Source: Candidatus Izemoplasmatales bacterium (lineage in GTDB: Bacteria > Bacillota_I > Bacilli_A > Izemoplasmatales > Hujiaoplasmataceae). From it: 64,000 bases of DNA. The stretch is from positions 1,216,001 through 1,280,000 of the forward strand of contig JBMNEZ010000001.1 of NCBI GenBank assembly GCA_050949045.1. The letters run 5' to 3'. Position 1 is the stretch's first letter, and each line of letters opens with the position of its first letter. Made by a program: the position numbers and the translations under genes. Below are positions 40,318 through 51,565 of the stretch, piece by piece. The notes under the pieces are model-generated. The model was not told the origin of the DNA. It ran no database searches and saw only the letters and a program-made list of their open reading frames with translations.

Positions 40318-40971
40318 TTAAACCCCCTGGTTATATTTTTCTATGATGCGGGATAAACCCCGAAAATCATCAATCCAAAAATCAGGCATGGCACGATGTA
40401 GTTCTTCGGATTTAAGTGTCCAAGATACGCCACAGGTGAGGATGCCAGCGTTTTTCCCCGCGATAATATCTGAATAAGAATCACCGATCATAACCGCCTG
40501 GTCGACGTTGTTAAAAGCCGACAAAGCTTTTTTGATCGGTTCGGGATCGGGTTTGTGTTTGGCGACTTCATCTAAACTGATGATTGTCGAAATTCTTTGG
40601 TCGATCCCATAGTGTTTGATTGAGGGTAAAGCTGATGATCTGAACTTGGTTGTGACGATGCCAAGATTGAAGCCGCTATCCTTGAAGTAATCCAAAACTT
40701 CAAGAACATGCGGGTATATATCAATGTAGGCAAACTCGTATTCACGGTATGTTTTTAAATAAACATCAATCATCATGGAGATCGTGTTAGCGTCCGCCAC
40801 TAAGCTAGCAAAGGTTTCCCGAAGAGGCGGGCCGATCATTTGGATGATTGCGGATCGAGGGAAGTAACGATCTGGAAGAAATTTGGATAAAGCCGTTTGA
40901 AGTGACATAATAATTAATTCATTGGAGTCGATCAGCGTGCCGTCAAGATCGAAAAGCAGAGTGTTAATCAT
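40318..40971 (-). CDS. HAD-family phosphatase (PpaX-like)
   Basis: LFDLDGTLIDS, IVTTK, KPDPEP, MIGDSYSD; start trimmed to MINTLLF. Confidence 0.88.
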   Translation of the reverse strand: MINTLLFDLDGTLIDSNELIIMSLQTALSKFLPDRYFPRSAIIQMIGPPLRETFASLVADANTISMMIDVYLKTYREYEFAYIDIYPHVLEVLDYFKDSGFNLGIVTTKFRSSALPSIKHYGIDQRISTIISLDEVAKHKPDPEPIKKALSAFNNVDQAVMIGDSYSDIIAGKNAGILTCGVSWTLKSEELHRAMPDFWIDDFRGLSRIIEKYNQGV

Positions 40972-41097
40972 ATTGGCGTACCACCTGTCGATATTATAAC
41001 AAATAACCGCTTGTTTGCCCAGCCGATTTGGATAATGTGTAACAGCCCGTATAGTTTTTAAAACGCCAATATGGTATAATTTTGGCGGTGATTTTTT

Positions 41098-42075
41098 TTG
41101 AAAAAGACATTGTTGATTTTTAACCCCGCAAGCGGACGCCAAAACTTCAAAAAACATCTTTCGATGATTGAGAAACGATTTCGGGAAAACGGACATCATC
41201 TGGATGTTTTTCAGACTGAATATCCGCGCCAAGCCACGGAAATAGCTTTTCAAGCTTGTGAAAAAAGATATGATTATCTGGTTATAGCGGGCGGAGACGG
41301 CACTTTCAACGAATGTCTGAACGGGATTATGAAATCCGATTACCGGCCGGTGATCGGTCACTTGCCAGCAGGAACCGGCTGTGACATCGCCCATACATTA
41401 GGCATCAGCAAAAACATTAACAAAGCTTTGGATGTTTTTTTTGAGAACGAACCGGTATTGATGGACGTGGTCAAAGCAAACGACCGTTATTTTACGTATG
41501 TGTCTGGCAACGGCGCGTATATTGACATCGGGTACATGACTGATTCGAAGATGAAAAAGAAATTTGGTTGGATCGCCTATCTTTTCAAAGCGCTTGAGAA
41601 GTGGTTTACGATTTCCAAGATGCACATGAAAGCAACCTATGACGACGGCGTTTTGGAAGGAGTATTTTCGCTGATTCTAATCATCAACACAAAACGGGTC
41701 GCTGCCATGAATCTAATCTACAAGCCGATTCTTGACGACGGCAAGGTCGATGTGATAATGTATCGTAGTATTTATCCTTTCAACTGGATCGCCTATCTCA
41801 TTTCTTATTTTTTCCCTTTTTTGAGCACATCGTTCGTGAAAAGATTCAGAACTGCCAAATTGAAAATAGAGACCGATACAAAATTCCGTTGGAATTTCGA
41901 CGGTGAATTAGGAGGGCTTGGCGATCAAAACATCCAGGTCTGCCAGAAGGCGATCCAGATTGTGGTCAAACCAAAAATTAAAAAGAAATACTTCAAATAT
42001 CAAACTCAAAATGAAACTGCAGTTTATACTGCCGATCAACCGGACCCGGTCGCTACTTCTAAAGAGGCAAATTGA
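41098..42075 (+). CDS. Diacylglycerol/lipid kinase family protein
   Basis: FNPASG, AGGDGTFNE, LPAGTGCD, DDGKVD, DGE. Confidence 0.9.
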   Translation: MKKTLLIFNPASGRQNFKKHLSMIEKRFRENGHHLDVFQTEYPRQATEIAFQACEKRYDYLVIAGGDGTFNECLNGIMKSDYRPVIGHLPAGTGCDIAHTLGISKNINKALDVFFENEPVLMDVVKANDRYFTYVSGNGAYIDIGYMTDSKMKKKFGWIAYLFKALEKWFTISKMHMKATYDDGVLEGVFSLILIINTKRVAAMNLIYKPILDDGKVDVIMYRSIYPFNWIAYLISYFFPFLSTSFVKRFRTAKLKIETDTKFRWNFDGELGGLGDQNIQVCQKAIQIVVKPKIKKKYFKYQTQNETAVYTADQPDPVATSKEAN

Positions 42076-42089
42076 GGGAGCGATTATAA

Positions 42090-42977
42090 ATGGATAAAAA
42101 CGATCAAAATCCCCAAAACAATCATATCAGGATAAAAAAGCATTTGGGACAAAACTTCATCACTGATGTCAATTTGTTAAAAAAAATTGTTTCCCAAGCC
42201 AATGTTACTAAAAACACATTTGTGATCGAAATCGGCCCGGGAAGAGGCTCACTTACCGAAGTGTTATTGGACAAAGCTAACAAAGTATTGGCATATGAGA
42301 TCGATAGCGAGCTCATTCCCGAGCTTGTGCGGAGGTTTCAGAACAGGAATAATTTAATTCTTGTCAACCAAGACGTTCTCAACGTTGACATCAATGCCGA
42401 TTTGGAGAAATATTTTCCCGCAGATGCGGAAATAGCCATTGTCAGCAATCTCCCCTATTACATCACTACATCGATTTTGATGAAATTTCTGGAAGCCACT
42501 GACAAACTGAGTCGCATTATCGTCATGACCCAGCTGGAGGTTGCCAAAAGGCTGACTTCAAAACCGGGAACGAAAGAATATAACGCGCTGTCGATCGCCA
42601 TTGATTACCGGTCTGACGCCAAGCTGCTGTTCAAAGTACCCCGAGAAGTGTTCAAGCCTATTCCAAGAGTTGACTCCGCCGTTATCGCTTTGGGGATGCC
42701 CAAAGCAACGCCGTATGCCAAACCGATTGACGAAAAACTGTTTTTTACCTTGATCAGGGCGGCATTTGCCCAAAGAAGAAAAACACTCGCAAACAATTTG
42801 CTTTCTGCAGGACTCGTCTGTGATCGCGACGCAATCGAACAACTGTTCGAACAGACAAGGATTCCCATTTCGGCAAGAGCCGAAACTATCAATACAGCCA
42901 CTTTCATTGATCTGGCAAACAGACTTGTGAACATTGAAGAGAACATTACAAAAACACCAGCGGAGGAATTAATATGA
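42090..42977 (+). CDS. rsmA: 16S rRNA adenine dimethyltransferase
   Basis: [41 protein letters not shown]. Confidence 0.96.
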   Translation: MDKNDQNPQNNHIRIKKHLGQNFITDVNLLKKIVSQANVTKNTFVIEIGPGRGSLTEVLLDKANKVLAYEIDSELIPELVRRFQNRNNLILVNQDVLNVDINADLEKYFPADAEIAIVSNLPYYITTSILMKFLEATDKLSRIIVMTQLEVAKRLTSKPGTKEYNALSIAIDYRSDAKLLFKVPREVFKPIPRVDSAVIALGMPKATPYAKPIDEKLFFTLIRAAFAQRRKTLANNLLSAGLVCDRDAIEQLFEQTRIPISARAETINTATFIDLANRLVNIEENITKTPAEELI

Positions 42978-44215
42978 ATGAGATCAAGAAAGTTGATCCC
43001 GAAATCGCAGAACTGATTCGGGCGGAAGAAAAAAGACAACAATCACATCTGGAACTGATCGCCTCGGAAAATTTCGTATCTCCAGCAGTTCTCGCAGCTG
43101 TGGGTAGCGTGCTCACAAACAAATACGCCGAAGGCTATCCCGGCAAACGGTACTATGGCGGTTGTGAATATGTTGATGAGGCTGAATCGCTTGCCCGTGA
43201 GCGAGTCAAACAAATCTTCAATGTCAAGTATGCCAATGTCCAGCCGCATTCCGGCTCGACGGCAAACATGGGAGCTTATCGGGCGATCCTTAAACCCGGA
43301 GACGCCGTAATGGGCATGGCTCTCGACCAAGGCGGACATCTAACTCACGGACATCCGCTGAATTTCAGCGGGATTGATTATGCATTTCATTCTTATTATG
43401 TTGATCGAAAAACAGAAATGATCGACTATGACCTTTTGGAAAGCCAGGCTATGGAGGTCAAACCAAGACTTATAGTCGCTGGAGCAAGCGCTTATCCGAG
43501 AGAACTCAATTTTCAAAGATTCAAGGAGATCGCTGACAGAGTTGGAGCGCTTTTGATGGTCGACATGGCGCATATCGCAGGACTTGTAGCCGCAAAGTTA
43601 CATCCGAATCCCTGTGAATACGCCGACATCGTCACTTCGACAACTCACAAGACCTTACGAGGACCTCGAGGAGGCATTATTCTGACCAACAATGAAGACA
43701 TTGCTAAACAAGTCGATAAAGTCATCTTTCCTGGAATCCAAGGGGGGCCTTTGATGCACGTTATCGCCGCCAAAGCCATATTGTTCAAGGAAGTAATGAG
43801 CGATGATTTTGTTTTATATCAAAAACAAGTCATCAAAAATGCCAAAGCATTGGCGGAGAAATTTGTGGACTTAGGCTATCATGTCGTCTCTGGAGGAACA
43901 GACACCCACTTGTTGTTGCTAGACGTTCTTTCTAAGACTAATCTAACCGGCAGAAAAGCTGAAAATCTGCTTGATACGGTCAATATCACTTGTAACAAAA
44001 ACACGATTCCTTATGATACTCAAAATCCCTTTATCGCCAGCGGCATCAGATTGGGAACTCCGGCTATGACAACCAGAGGCTTTGATGAGAAGGATTTTCG
44101 AAAAGTTGCCGAATTGATCAATAAGACACTTTTGAATCCGGATGACAAGTTGATTCTTGATGAAGTGAGAAAAGAAGTCAGAATCTTGACTGATGCACAT
44201 CCGCTTCCATATTAA
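42974..44215 (+). CDS. glyA: Serine hydroxymethyltransferase
   Basis: [40 protein letters not shown]. Confidence 0.97.
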   Translation: MNEIKKVDPEIAELIRAEEKRQQSHLELIASENFVSPAVLAAVGSVLTNKYAEGYPGKRYYGGCEYVDEAESLARERVKQIFNVKYANVQPHSGSTANMGAYRAILKPGDAVMGMALDQGGHLTHGHPLNFSGIDYAFHSYYVDRKTEMIDYDLLESQAMEVKPRLIVAGASAYPRELNFQRFKEIADRVGALLMVDMAHIAGLVAAKLHPNPCEYADIVTSTTHKTLRGPRGGIILTNNEDIAKQVDKVIFPGIQGGPLMHVIAAKAILFKEVMSDDFVLYQKQVIKNAKALAEKFVDLGYHVVSGGTDTHLLLLDVLSKTNLTGRKAENLLDTVNITCNKNTIPYDTQNPFIASGIRLGTPAMTTRGFDEKDFRKVAELINKTLLNPDDKLILDEVRKEVRILTDAHPLPY

Positions 44216-44251
44216 GCATCAATAAATAAGACCATGATTTATGACCGACTT

Positions 44252-44282
44252 AAGGGATGATAATATGCTTTCATCCCTTTTT
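44252..44282 (+). terminator. Intrinsic terminator after glyA
   Basis: AAGGGATGA-10 nt-TCATCCCTT plus T-tract. Confidence 0.75.
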
Positions 44283-44459
44283 ATCGGTTTGTTTTTTGAT
44301 ATATATTTAAAACTGACGTTTTAACAAAACAATCATCCAATACTTCATATTCTTTAAAGAGCATTAATGCACAACAGTCAAGGCATGGAAACGGTTTGTC
44401 TTTGCTTGGGAAATGTATTATAATCAATATTACCCGAATCACAAGGAGAACCCAGATAT

Positions 44460-45449
44460 ATGAAATGGAACATTGCTAACATTTCGATCGACAACCAAAT
44501 TGTTGTCGCTCCGATGGCTGGAGTGACGGATTCTACATATCGTAAGATTCTCAAAGAACATGGAGCCGGATTACTATACACCGAGATGGTATCAGACAAA
44601 GGGATTATTCATCGGAATGAGAAAACACTGGCAATGCTTGTCATCGAAAACCACGAAAAACCGATAGTTCTCCAACTTTTTGGAAGCAATCCGGACACCA
44701 TGGCATTTGCTGCGGGTTATGTGTCCCGAAATTCGAATGCGGATATCATTGATATCAATTTCGGGTGTCCGATCGGAAAGGTTACAAAGGGTGGCGCAGG
44801 AGTAAAATTGATGCAAGACCTCGACCTCTCAGAAAAAATAATTAAAGCAGTTGTTTCCTCTTCTTTGAAACCTGTTACAATCAAGATAAGAAGCGGCTGG
44901 GATAATGAAAATATTAATGCCGTACAACTTGCAAAAAGAGCGGAAACAGCCGGAATCAGCGCTATTGCAGTTCATCCGAGGACAAGAACACAATTGTATT
45001 CAGGGCATTCGGATTGGCGAATAATCAGCGAAATAAAGCGTAACGTAAAAATTCCAGTAATCGGTAACGGAGATATCAAAACGCCAGAAGACGCAATAAA
45101 AATGATTCAAGAAACTAACTGCGACGCTGTTATGATCGGGAGAGGCGTTTTGGGAAACCCATGGCTTATTAAACAAACAAAATCTCTTATTGAAAAGGGG
45201 TTTTATGAAGAACACATACCCCTTGAAGAAAGGAAATATGCAATTATTAACCATCTGGACCTGCTTGTAAACAGAAAAGGGGAACGATTGGCTTTAATGG
45301 AAATGCGGAGCCACGGTCCATGGTATATCAAAGGACTGAAGAATTCTGCGGCGATCAGAGCCGAAATCGTTTCTGCGACATCCTTGAAATGTTTCAAGGA
45401 TATAATTGATCATTACTTTAAGTTTCTCTACGATTGCGGATCTGTGTAA
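44460..45449 (+). CDS. dusB: tRNA-dihydrouridine synthase
   Basis: APMAGVTD, TEMVS, DINFGCP, KIRSGWD, VIGNGDI, VMIGRG..GNPW. Confidence 0.93.
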   Translation: MKWNIANISIDNQIVVAPMAGVTDSTYRKILKEHGAGLLYTEMVSDKGIIHRNEKTLAMLVIENHEKPIVLQLFGSNPDTMAFAAGYVSRNSNADIIDINFGCPIGKVTKGGAGVKLMQDLDLSEKIIKAVVSSSLKPVTIKIRSGWDNENINAVQLAKRAETAGISAIAVHPRTRTQLYSGHSDWRIISEIKRNVKIPVIGNGDIKTPEDAIKMIQETNCDAVMIGRGVLGNPWLIKQTKSLIEKGFYEEHIPLEERKYAIINHLDLLVNRKGERLALMEMRSHGPWYIKGLKNSAAIRAEIVSATSLKCFKDIIDHYFKFLYDCGSV

Positions 45450-45518
45450 AAAAAACAGAATATCCCATAAAATAGACATTTACAAGCATTATTTTAAAAA
45501 TTAATTAATATAATAAAT

Positions 45519-45543
45519 ACGCGGAAACAAATAGTTTCCGCGT
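45519..45543. terminator. Hairpin between convergent dusB and hflX
   Basis: ACGCGGAAAC-5 nt-GTTTCCGCGT. Confidence 0.65.
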
Positions 45544-45618
45544 GCCTTGCATTAAATGTCTTCATATCATTGTTTCAACAAGTGATTGCTATTGGCTGAT
45601 TGAATTGATGAACAATAA

Positions 45619-46860
45619 TCACACAATGTACTTTGCGAACCTTTGTAAGAGGTTTTCTGTCAGTTCGACTTTAAGATTGATGCCTTTTTCAGTATAGGAT
45701 GTCTCCATAATGTTCGCGTTACTTTTTAAAAAGCTGTAAATCTGGCCCTCAGCGAACGGTATAAGGAAGTTAGTAATTTTTATTTTAGGATATAATTCTT
45801 TGTCGATCCTATCTAGCAAGATGTCGATGTTTGTGTTTTGAAGGGCACTGATATAAACTGGGGGCCCGTCAGTTTCTAATGGCGGTGAAGGCACAAGGTC
45901 GATTTTGTTAAACACATTGATAATGGGGATATCAGCTACCCCGATTTCCTTCAATACTTCCTCAACAACCGCCATTTGTTTTTGATAATTGAGGTTGGCA
46001 ACGTCGACTACATGGAGGATCAGGTCTGCTTCCTTGACTTCCTCAAGCGTCGACTTGAATGCTTCGATCAGATTATGAGGGAGCTTGGAGATAAAGCCTA
46101 CAGTGTCTGTAATCACGAAGTTTCGATTATGCTCAGGGCTCACTTCCCGCGTCTGTGTTTCGAGCGTGGCGAACAGCATATTCTTTTCAAACACGTATTT
46201 TTCTGATTTGGATTTGGTTTCTGTCAGAATAGAGTTCATCAATGTCGATTTGCCGGAATTGGTATAACCAGCGATGGCCACAGTCTTGATGCTCGCTTGT
46301 CTGCGCTTGTTTCTTTGTGTTCTTCTGTTTGCGACAACGTCTTTCAGTTCACGTTTTGTTCTTGCGATTTGATCGCGGAGCACGCGGCGATCGAGCTCAA
46401 GCTGTTGTTCACCAGGACCTTTTGATCCTGTGCCGCTTTTTTGTCGCGATAGCGACCGATACATTCCGACAATACGCGGCAAAAAATAGGTTGCTTGTGC
46501 AAGCTCGACTTGTAACATAGCTTCCTTTGTACGCGCTCTCTTTGCAAAGATATCAAGGATTAGGATAGTGCGGTCCACAATCTTGATTTCAAGTTCTTTT
46601 TCCAAGTTGCGAATGTGGGAAGGGCTGAGTTCGTCATCGAAAATCAATAAATTCGCGTCAAGAGTCATAATATCCTGTTTCAAGATTTCAACCTTGCCTT
46701 GGCCAATATAAAAATTTGGTGTCGGAAAATCAGCTTTCTGAGTACAAACACCAACAACTTTGATCGATAGCGCCTTGGCAAGACTATCAAGTTCAGCCAT
46801 CGAATTCTGAAAATCTGTGGAATGGCCCAAATCAAGCCCGACGAGAATGGCTCTTTCCAT
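45619..46860 (-). CDS. hflX: Ribosome-splitting GTPase HflX
   Basis: LSPSHIRNLE, GPGEQQLELDRR, GYTNSGKST, DTVGFI, NKID; start at MERAILVG. Confidence 0.95.
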   Translation of the reverse strand: MERAILVGLDLGHSTDFQNSMAELDSLAKALSIKVVGVCTQKADFPTPNFYIGQGKVEILKQDIMTLDANLLIFDDELSPSHIRNLEKELEIKIVDRTILILDIFAKRARTKEAMLQVELAQATYFLPRIVGMYRSLSRQKSGTGSKGPGEQQLELDRRVLRDQIARTKRELKDVVANRRTQRNKRRQASIKTVAIAGYTNSGKSTLMNSILTETKSKSEKYVFEKNMLFATLETQTREVSPEHNRNFVITDTVGFISKLPHNLIEAFKSTLEEVKEADLILHVVDVANLNYQKQMAVVEEVLKEIGVADIPIINVFNKIDLVPSPPLETDGPPVYISALQNTNIDILLDRIDKELYPKIKITNFLIPFAEGQIYSFLKSNANIMETSYTEKGINLKVELTENLLQRFAKYIV

Positions 46861-46987
46861 TTCGGCAAACCCCCTCAAAGTATTATACAACATTTCATTA
46901 CAAACGGATTTCTCACAGATATTTTTATTTTTCTGCATTGTATATATGTTATAATTAATTGATTATCCTGGATGATAGAGGTATTGC

Positions 46988-49900
46988 ATGAAATATAATC
47001 CTCGAAAACAAAAGAAAAAAATCCAGCTTTTAAAAGAAAAGTGGCAAAGGATTACTGAACGCTTAAAAACTCTTATCGATGACCAATTTACGTCAAAAAA
47101 GAAAACGTTCAGGTTTTTGGCGCTTTTTGTCTTTACGCTTTTCTTTGGTATTGAAATTCTGATCATCTTGATCAACAACAGTTTCTACACCAATTTTTCT
47201 GATGACCTATTGCAGTACTACACGATCATCGTTGACTTCATCCAACAAATCAAAACAGGAACGCTGTCGGTTTTCAATCTAAACAATTATCTTGGCGCGT
47301 CTTATTTTTCAGATGTCTATTATATTCCGCTTGACATTTTTACTTTTATCACTTTACTGTTGAGTTATGTAATGCCGATAAACATCGCCTACTCAGTCAC
47401 TGAATTCATTAAAATATTCGCCGGCGTCATGACATTTGCTTACTATCTTTCGCTTCAGGGAATGAAGAACCGAACGATATTTTGGATGGGGATTTTTTAT
47501 TTAATCAGTGGCGGTATGGTCAGTTTTATGGCATTTCCTGCTTTTTTGTCCCTAGTGTTCTACCTCCCGTTTTCCTTACTGGTAATCCATTGGTCTTTTA
47601 AAGGCAAGAAATGGATTATTCCGCTCTATACACTGGCACTTGTCTTGTACAATTTCTATCTTGCCTACGCAGCCCTTATTTTTACGGGAATCATGTTTAT
47701 TGTCGAGTACTTCAAGCGCAAGGATTTCAATTTTTGGCGGTTGTTATTGGACGGAGTCATTTTTCTCGGATTGATGATTTTAGGGCTGATTATGTCTCTC
47801 GGAATTCTCTACCCTTCTATCTTATTTATTTTGGAAGACACTTATCGATCAATTGGAACTTTCGACCCTTGGGTTGTCAATGTCTTCGGTTTGGAGTTGG
47901 AGTTGTTCAAACCGGAGATCTATATACGTTTTTTGGCAAAAATGTTTTCCGAACAAAGACCAATCGCTTTTTATGGCTTTATGCAGGATTATACCAAAGA
48001 ACATGTCTCCCTCTACATAACCATGACCGGATTGACGCTGATGTCCTACGTATACTTCATGAAAGACCGAATCAGCAACATCTACAAGGTATTGATTCCC
48101 ATTGGACTAATTTTGATGCTGTTTCCCATTTTTTCCTATGTATTTTCCGGAACGACCGATCAGCCCTATACCCGTTGGATCAATTTCTATCCCCTAGTCA
48201 TGGTCATGATTCTCGCGCATGTCTTTGATAACTATGGGTTTGAAGAAGTCAAAATGAAATGGCTGACGATACCGATTGTCTTGTTTCTGGCACTCGATGT
48301 TTATTTGATTTATTATTACATCACGAAACTGAAAGCGCTCGGCGATTTCCAATATGAAGATGCACTGACGGCCGACACCTGGATGATGGGAGTCTCCGCG
48401 GTGGTGCTCTTGTTAATGTTGGTGTTTGGCTGGCTGAAAAAGCAAAAGTGGTTCCGTATTCTCTTCTGGGTAGAATTCGTCTTGGGAATTGCTTTTATTT
48501 ATTCAGGGCCGTTTTCGATCAGGAATAAGATCGACACTTTTCAAAATGCCTATGATATCGATGATTTTCTCAGCGAGTCGATCGCCGACGATGAATTTTA
48601 TCGTGTCTATGTTGATTTGACGCGCTTCACGGTTGAACATACCAATTTTAACCGGATGACTTCTTTTCCAACCAATACTCGGATTTTCCATTCTTGGACA
48701 GATTCTGAAACCGATATGCTCGCTCACTTGCTTTTTGGTTCCCAAGAACACCAGACCAAAGAAGTCATTGATGCTCAAGCTATCTATCTCAATCAATTTC
48801 TTGGGTATAAATATTTATTGGCAAACAGCGAATTCACCTATTATTTTGATAGCAATCATTATGAATTGATGCGTGCGAACGACAAATATATGCTTTTTAG
48901 GATTGTCAGGGGGGAACCGTTCCAAGTATATGAATCGTATGTCACCAACCGAGAGTTTATCAATCATCGCAATCGCAATACCAAGGTCGAAGCGCAAAAG
49001 ACGTTATTGCGAACTGGCGTTATCGATGAAGGAAGATATGAGGATCTGCTTCAAGATTTGAATCTCGAGAAAATAGATCTTAATGGATCGAGTTTCACGA
49101 AAGCCCTGTCCGCAAAACGGACGGTCACAAACAAGGAAACAGTCACTATCGCCGGCATTGAAAACACTGCGGAAAGGGAGTTTTTCCGTTTTGACAACGC
49201 AGATTTGAAAATATCTTTTTCAAGTGGAGGTCTTTACATCAAAACTAACGCTAACGTCGACGACCTCGGAGAAGTATTTATGGAATATGCCGACGGAACG
49301 AAAAAGGCTTGTATCGTCACACCCACAGAAAAACATGATGTCAAAGGAGAATTTTGGTCGCAACCGGTCGCGATCTATTTCGAATCAGCCAACCTTTCCG
49401 ATAATTTCAATCTTACCTTGCGACTCGAGATGGCAAGGAATCAAGCTGCCTACCTTGTGTATGATGTCTCATCCATCGACTTCACCCGGGAGACGGGCAT
49501 GCTTTACTTTGACATGTCTCAGGAACTAGAGAAAGTATCATTCGTTGATGAGGATGGAAATGAATATGAAGGATTCAAAAACTATTACTATTTCAACACC
49601 AAACCAGTTACTATGTATATTTTTAAAACATATAATATGTATACTAAAGTCAACGATTTGTTCAATTTTGATTTAAAATACATTTATGATGACTTGAGTG
49701 ATTATGAATTGTTAACAAATCAGTCACTGGCAAAAGACAAGTCGTTGAAAATAAGCGGTGGCAAATTATCGCTTTCATATGAAAGAACCAGTGAAAGTGC
49801 CTACGACCAACTTGTGGTGGTTCCGATCGCCTATTCGGAAGAATGGCAATTCATTTCCGGCGAAGAGTATGAAACCATCAGTGCCAGCGGAGGCTTTCTT

Positions 49901-50086
49901 GGCATTATCATTCCCAACGGCGTTGAAGACGTTAAAATTGAAATGAAGTTCGTTCCCAAAGGACTCAAACATGGATTGTTGGGGTCGGGAGTCGGAATTC
50001 TCGTTTATCTTGGAATCTTTGTCTTGCCTTTGGTTATCAAAAAAACCAAAAGCAGAAAACAAAGCGTTAAGGAGATAGAATCATGA
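46988..50086 (+). CDS. YfhO-family polytopic GT-C glycosyltransferase
   Basis: SDD acidic motif after TM1, about a dozen TMs, large external domain, C-terminal PIAYSEEW...GFLGI...MKFVPKGLKHG plus TM. Confidence 0.82.
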   Translation: MKYNPRKQKKKIQLLKEKWQRITERLKTLIDDQFTSKKKTFRFLALFVFTLFFGIEILIILINNSFYTNFSDDLLQYYTIIVDFIQQIKTGTLSVFNLNNYLGASYFSDVYYIPLDIFTFITLLLSYVMPINIAYSVTEFIKIFAGVMTFAYYLSLQGMKNRTIFWMGIFYLISGGMVSFMAFPAFLSLVFYLPFSLLVIHWSFKGKKWIIPLYTLALVLYNFYLAYAALIFTGIMFIVEYFKRKDFNFWRLLLDGVIFLGLMILGLIMSLGILYPSILFILEDTYRSIGTFDPWVVNVFGLELELFKPEIYIRFLAKMFSEQRPIAFYGFMQDYTKEHVSLYITMTGLTLMSYVYFMKDRISNIYKVLIPIGLILMLFPIFSYVFSGTTDQPYTRWINFYPLVMVMILAHVFDNYGFEEVKMKWLTIPIVLFLALDVYLIYYYITKLKALGDFQYEDALTADTWMMGVSAVVLLLMLVFGWLKKQKWFRILFWVEFVLGIAFIYSGPFSIRNKIDTFQNAYDIDDFLSESIADDEFYRVYVDLTRFTVEHTNFNRMTSFPTNTRIFHSWTDSETDMLAHLLFGSQEHQTKEVIDAQAIYLNQFLGYKYLLANSEFTYYFDSNHYELMRANDKYMLFRIVRGEPFQVYESYVTNREFINHRNRNTKVEAQKTLLRTGVIDEGRYEDLLQDLNLEKIDLNGSSFTKALSAKRTVTNKETVTIAGIENTAEREFFRFDNADLKISFSSGGLYIKTNANVDDLGEVFMEYADGTKKACIVTPTEKHDVKGEFWSQPVAIYFESANLSDNFNLTLRLEMARNQAAYLVYDVSSIDFTRETGMLYFDMSQELEKVSFVDEDGNEYEGFKNYYYFNTKPVTMYIFKTYNMYTKVNDLFNFDLKYIYDDLSDYELLTNQSLAKDKSLKISGGKLSLSYERTSESAYDQLVVVPIAYSEEWQFISGEEYETISASGGFLGIIIPNGVEDVKIEMKFVPKGLKHGLLGSGVGILVYLGIFVLPLVIKKTKSRKQSVKEIES

Positions 50087-50997
50087 AAAATATCACGATT
50101 ATCATACCATCATACAATGAAGAACTAAATGTAAAACCATTTTATGACGAGGTCAGGAAATACTTAGATATCCCCGGCTACCTTTTTCGCTTGCTTTACG
50201 TCAACGACGGTTCCAAGGATAACACTCTTGACGAAATCAAAAAGTTGAGGAAGGCCGATAAGACGGTAAATTATCTCAGTTTTTCCCGTAACTTTGGCAA
50301 AGAAGCGGCGATGCATGCCGGTCTTGAGCATTCCAAAGAAAGCGATGCTGTAATCATTATCGACTGTGATCTCCAGCAGCCGCCGTCGTTGATTCCGGAA
50401 ATGATCAAGTATTATGAAGAAGGATATAAAATTGTTTATACCAAAGGCAGAACCAGAAAAGGAGAGCCAAAGCTCAGAACCTTTTTCGCCAACTGGTTTT
50501 ACAAAATCTATAATCGCCACACGGAAATGCCGCTCGACAACGGCGCCAAGGATTTCCAATTGTTAGATCGACAGGTCGTCGAAGCGTTTCTAGCAATCAA
50601 GGACAACTATCGGTTTGTAAAAGGCATCTTTTCCTGGGTCGGTTATCCCCGCAAGTGTATCGAATTCGATTTCATACCGAGAATGCGCGGAAAGAGCACC
50701 TGGAGTTTCAAATCTCTATTGCGATACGCATTCAACGGATTAAACCAATTTTCAACGATTCTTTTGATCGTACCAATGTTATTGGTTATGTTTTCGGTTT
50801 TGTTGCTGGTTGGAGATGTACTCCTTTATGTATTTGACATCTTTGCCCTGAGCGAGTTTCTGCTTGGCTTGCTGATGGTGCTAACAATCTTTGCTTTGGG
50901 AATCATCGCATATGTCCAAATATACTTACTTTATCAAATGCGACGCCAGACTTTTGACCGGCCGATCTATCTGATTCAAGAAAGTTCGGAGGAATAG
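50083..50997 (+). CDS. GT2 polyprenol-phosphate glycosyltransferase (GtrB/CsbB-like)
   Basis: IIPSYNEE, VNDGSKD, FSRNFGKEAA, DCDLQQPP, two C-terminal TMs, RPIYLI. Confidence 0.92.
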   Translation: MKNITIIIPSYNEELNVKPFYDEVRKYLDIPGYLFRLLYVNDGSKDNTLDEIKKLRKADKTVNYLSFSRNFGKEAAMHAGLEHSKESDAVIIIDCDLQQPPSLIPEMIKYYEEGYKIVYTKGRTRKGEPKLRTFFANWFYKIYNRHTEMPLDNGAKDFQLLDRQVVEAFLAIKDNYRFVKGIFSWVGYPRKCIEFDFIPRMRGKSTWSFKSLLRYAFNGLNQFSTILLIVPMLLVMFSVLLLVGDVLLYVFDIFALSEFLLGLLMVLTIFALGIIAYVQIYLLYQMRRQTFDRPIYLIQESSEE

Positions 50998-51001
50998 GAC
51001 T

Positions 51002-51496
51002 TTGTTCAAAAAAATCATCAATTTTGTCGTCAAGAATTTCCTAACCCGAAAATTTATTACTTTCGGCACTATTGGCATTATCAATACCGCAATCCATCTC
51101 CTGGTTTACTGGCTGGTTCATAATGCCTTTGCAGATCTGATTGACTCGGATACCTGGCTGGCTTTTGTCGCCAACACCTTTGCTTTCATCAGCGCCTCTG
51201 TATTTTCCTATTTCGCTAATGCCATTTTTACCTTCAAAGTTCATAATCGCAACGCTCTGCAGTTTTTTACGGTGATCATGGTTTTTCTTGCAAGATTGTT
51301 CATCAGCAACATCCTGACGGCAGGATTTGATTTTATAATCATCAATTGGTTTCACGCTGATTATTCATTACAACCGCTAACCAAAATCATCGCTCCGTTT
51401 TTGGGGTCTGTGCTGTTGATTCCGATCGCTTATTTTGCTTTAGATTATGTCTTTCGCAAGACCGGAAATAAAAAAGAAACCAATCCTAGTGCTTAG
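51002..51496 (+). CDS. GtrA-family flippase-like protein
   Basis: KFITFGTIGIINT, ANTFAF, FSYFANAIFTF; four TMs; follows GtrB-like gene. Confidence 0.85.
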   Translation: MFKKIINFVVKNFLTRKFITFGTIGIINTAIHLLVYWLVHNAFADLIDSDTWLAFVANTFAFISASVFSYFANAIFTFKVHNRNALQFFTVIMVFLARLFISNILTAGFDFIIINWFHADYSLQPLTKIIAPFLGSVLLIPIAYFALDYVFRKTGNKKETNPSA

Positions 51497-51565
51497 CCTT
51501 TTATTTATTGATAAATTGAGATAGAATATTAATAGGCGCACTGTTTGTTTTTGAGGAGGGAGACC

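Noticed and set aside
40972..41394. N-terminal extension of the HAD phosphatase
   Set aside because: Overlaps the divergent lipid kinase gene; the HAD motif starts right after ATG 40971
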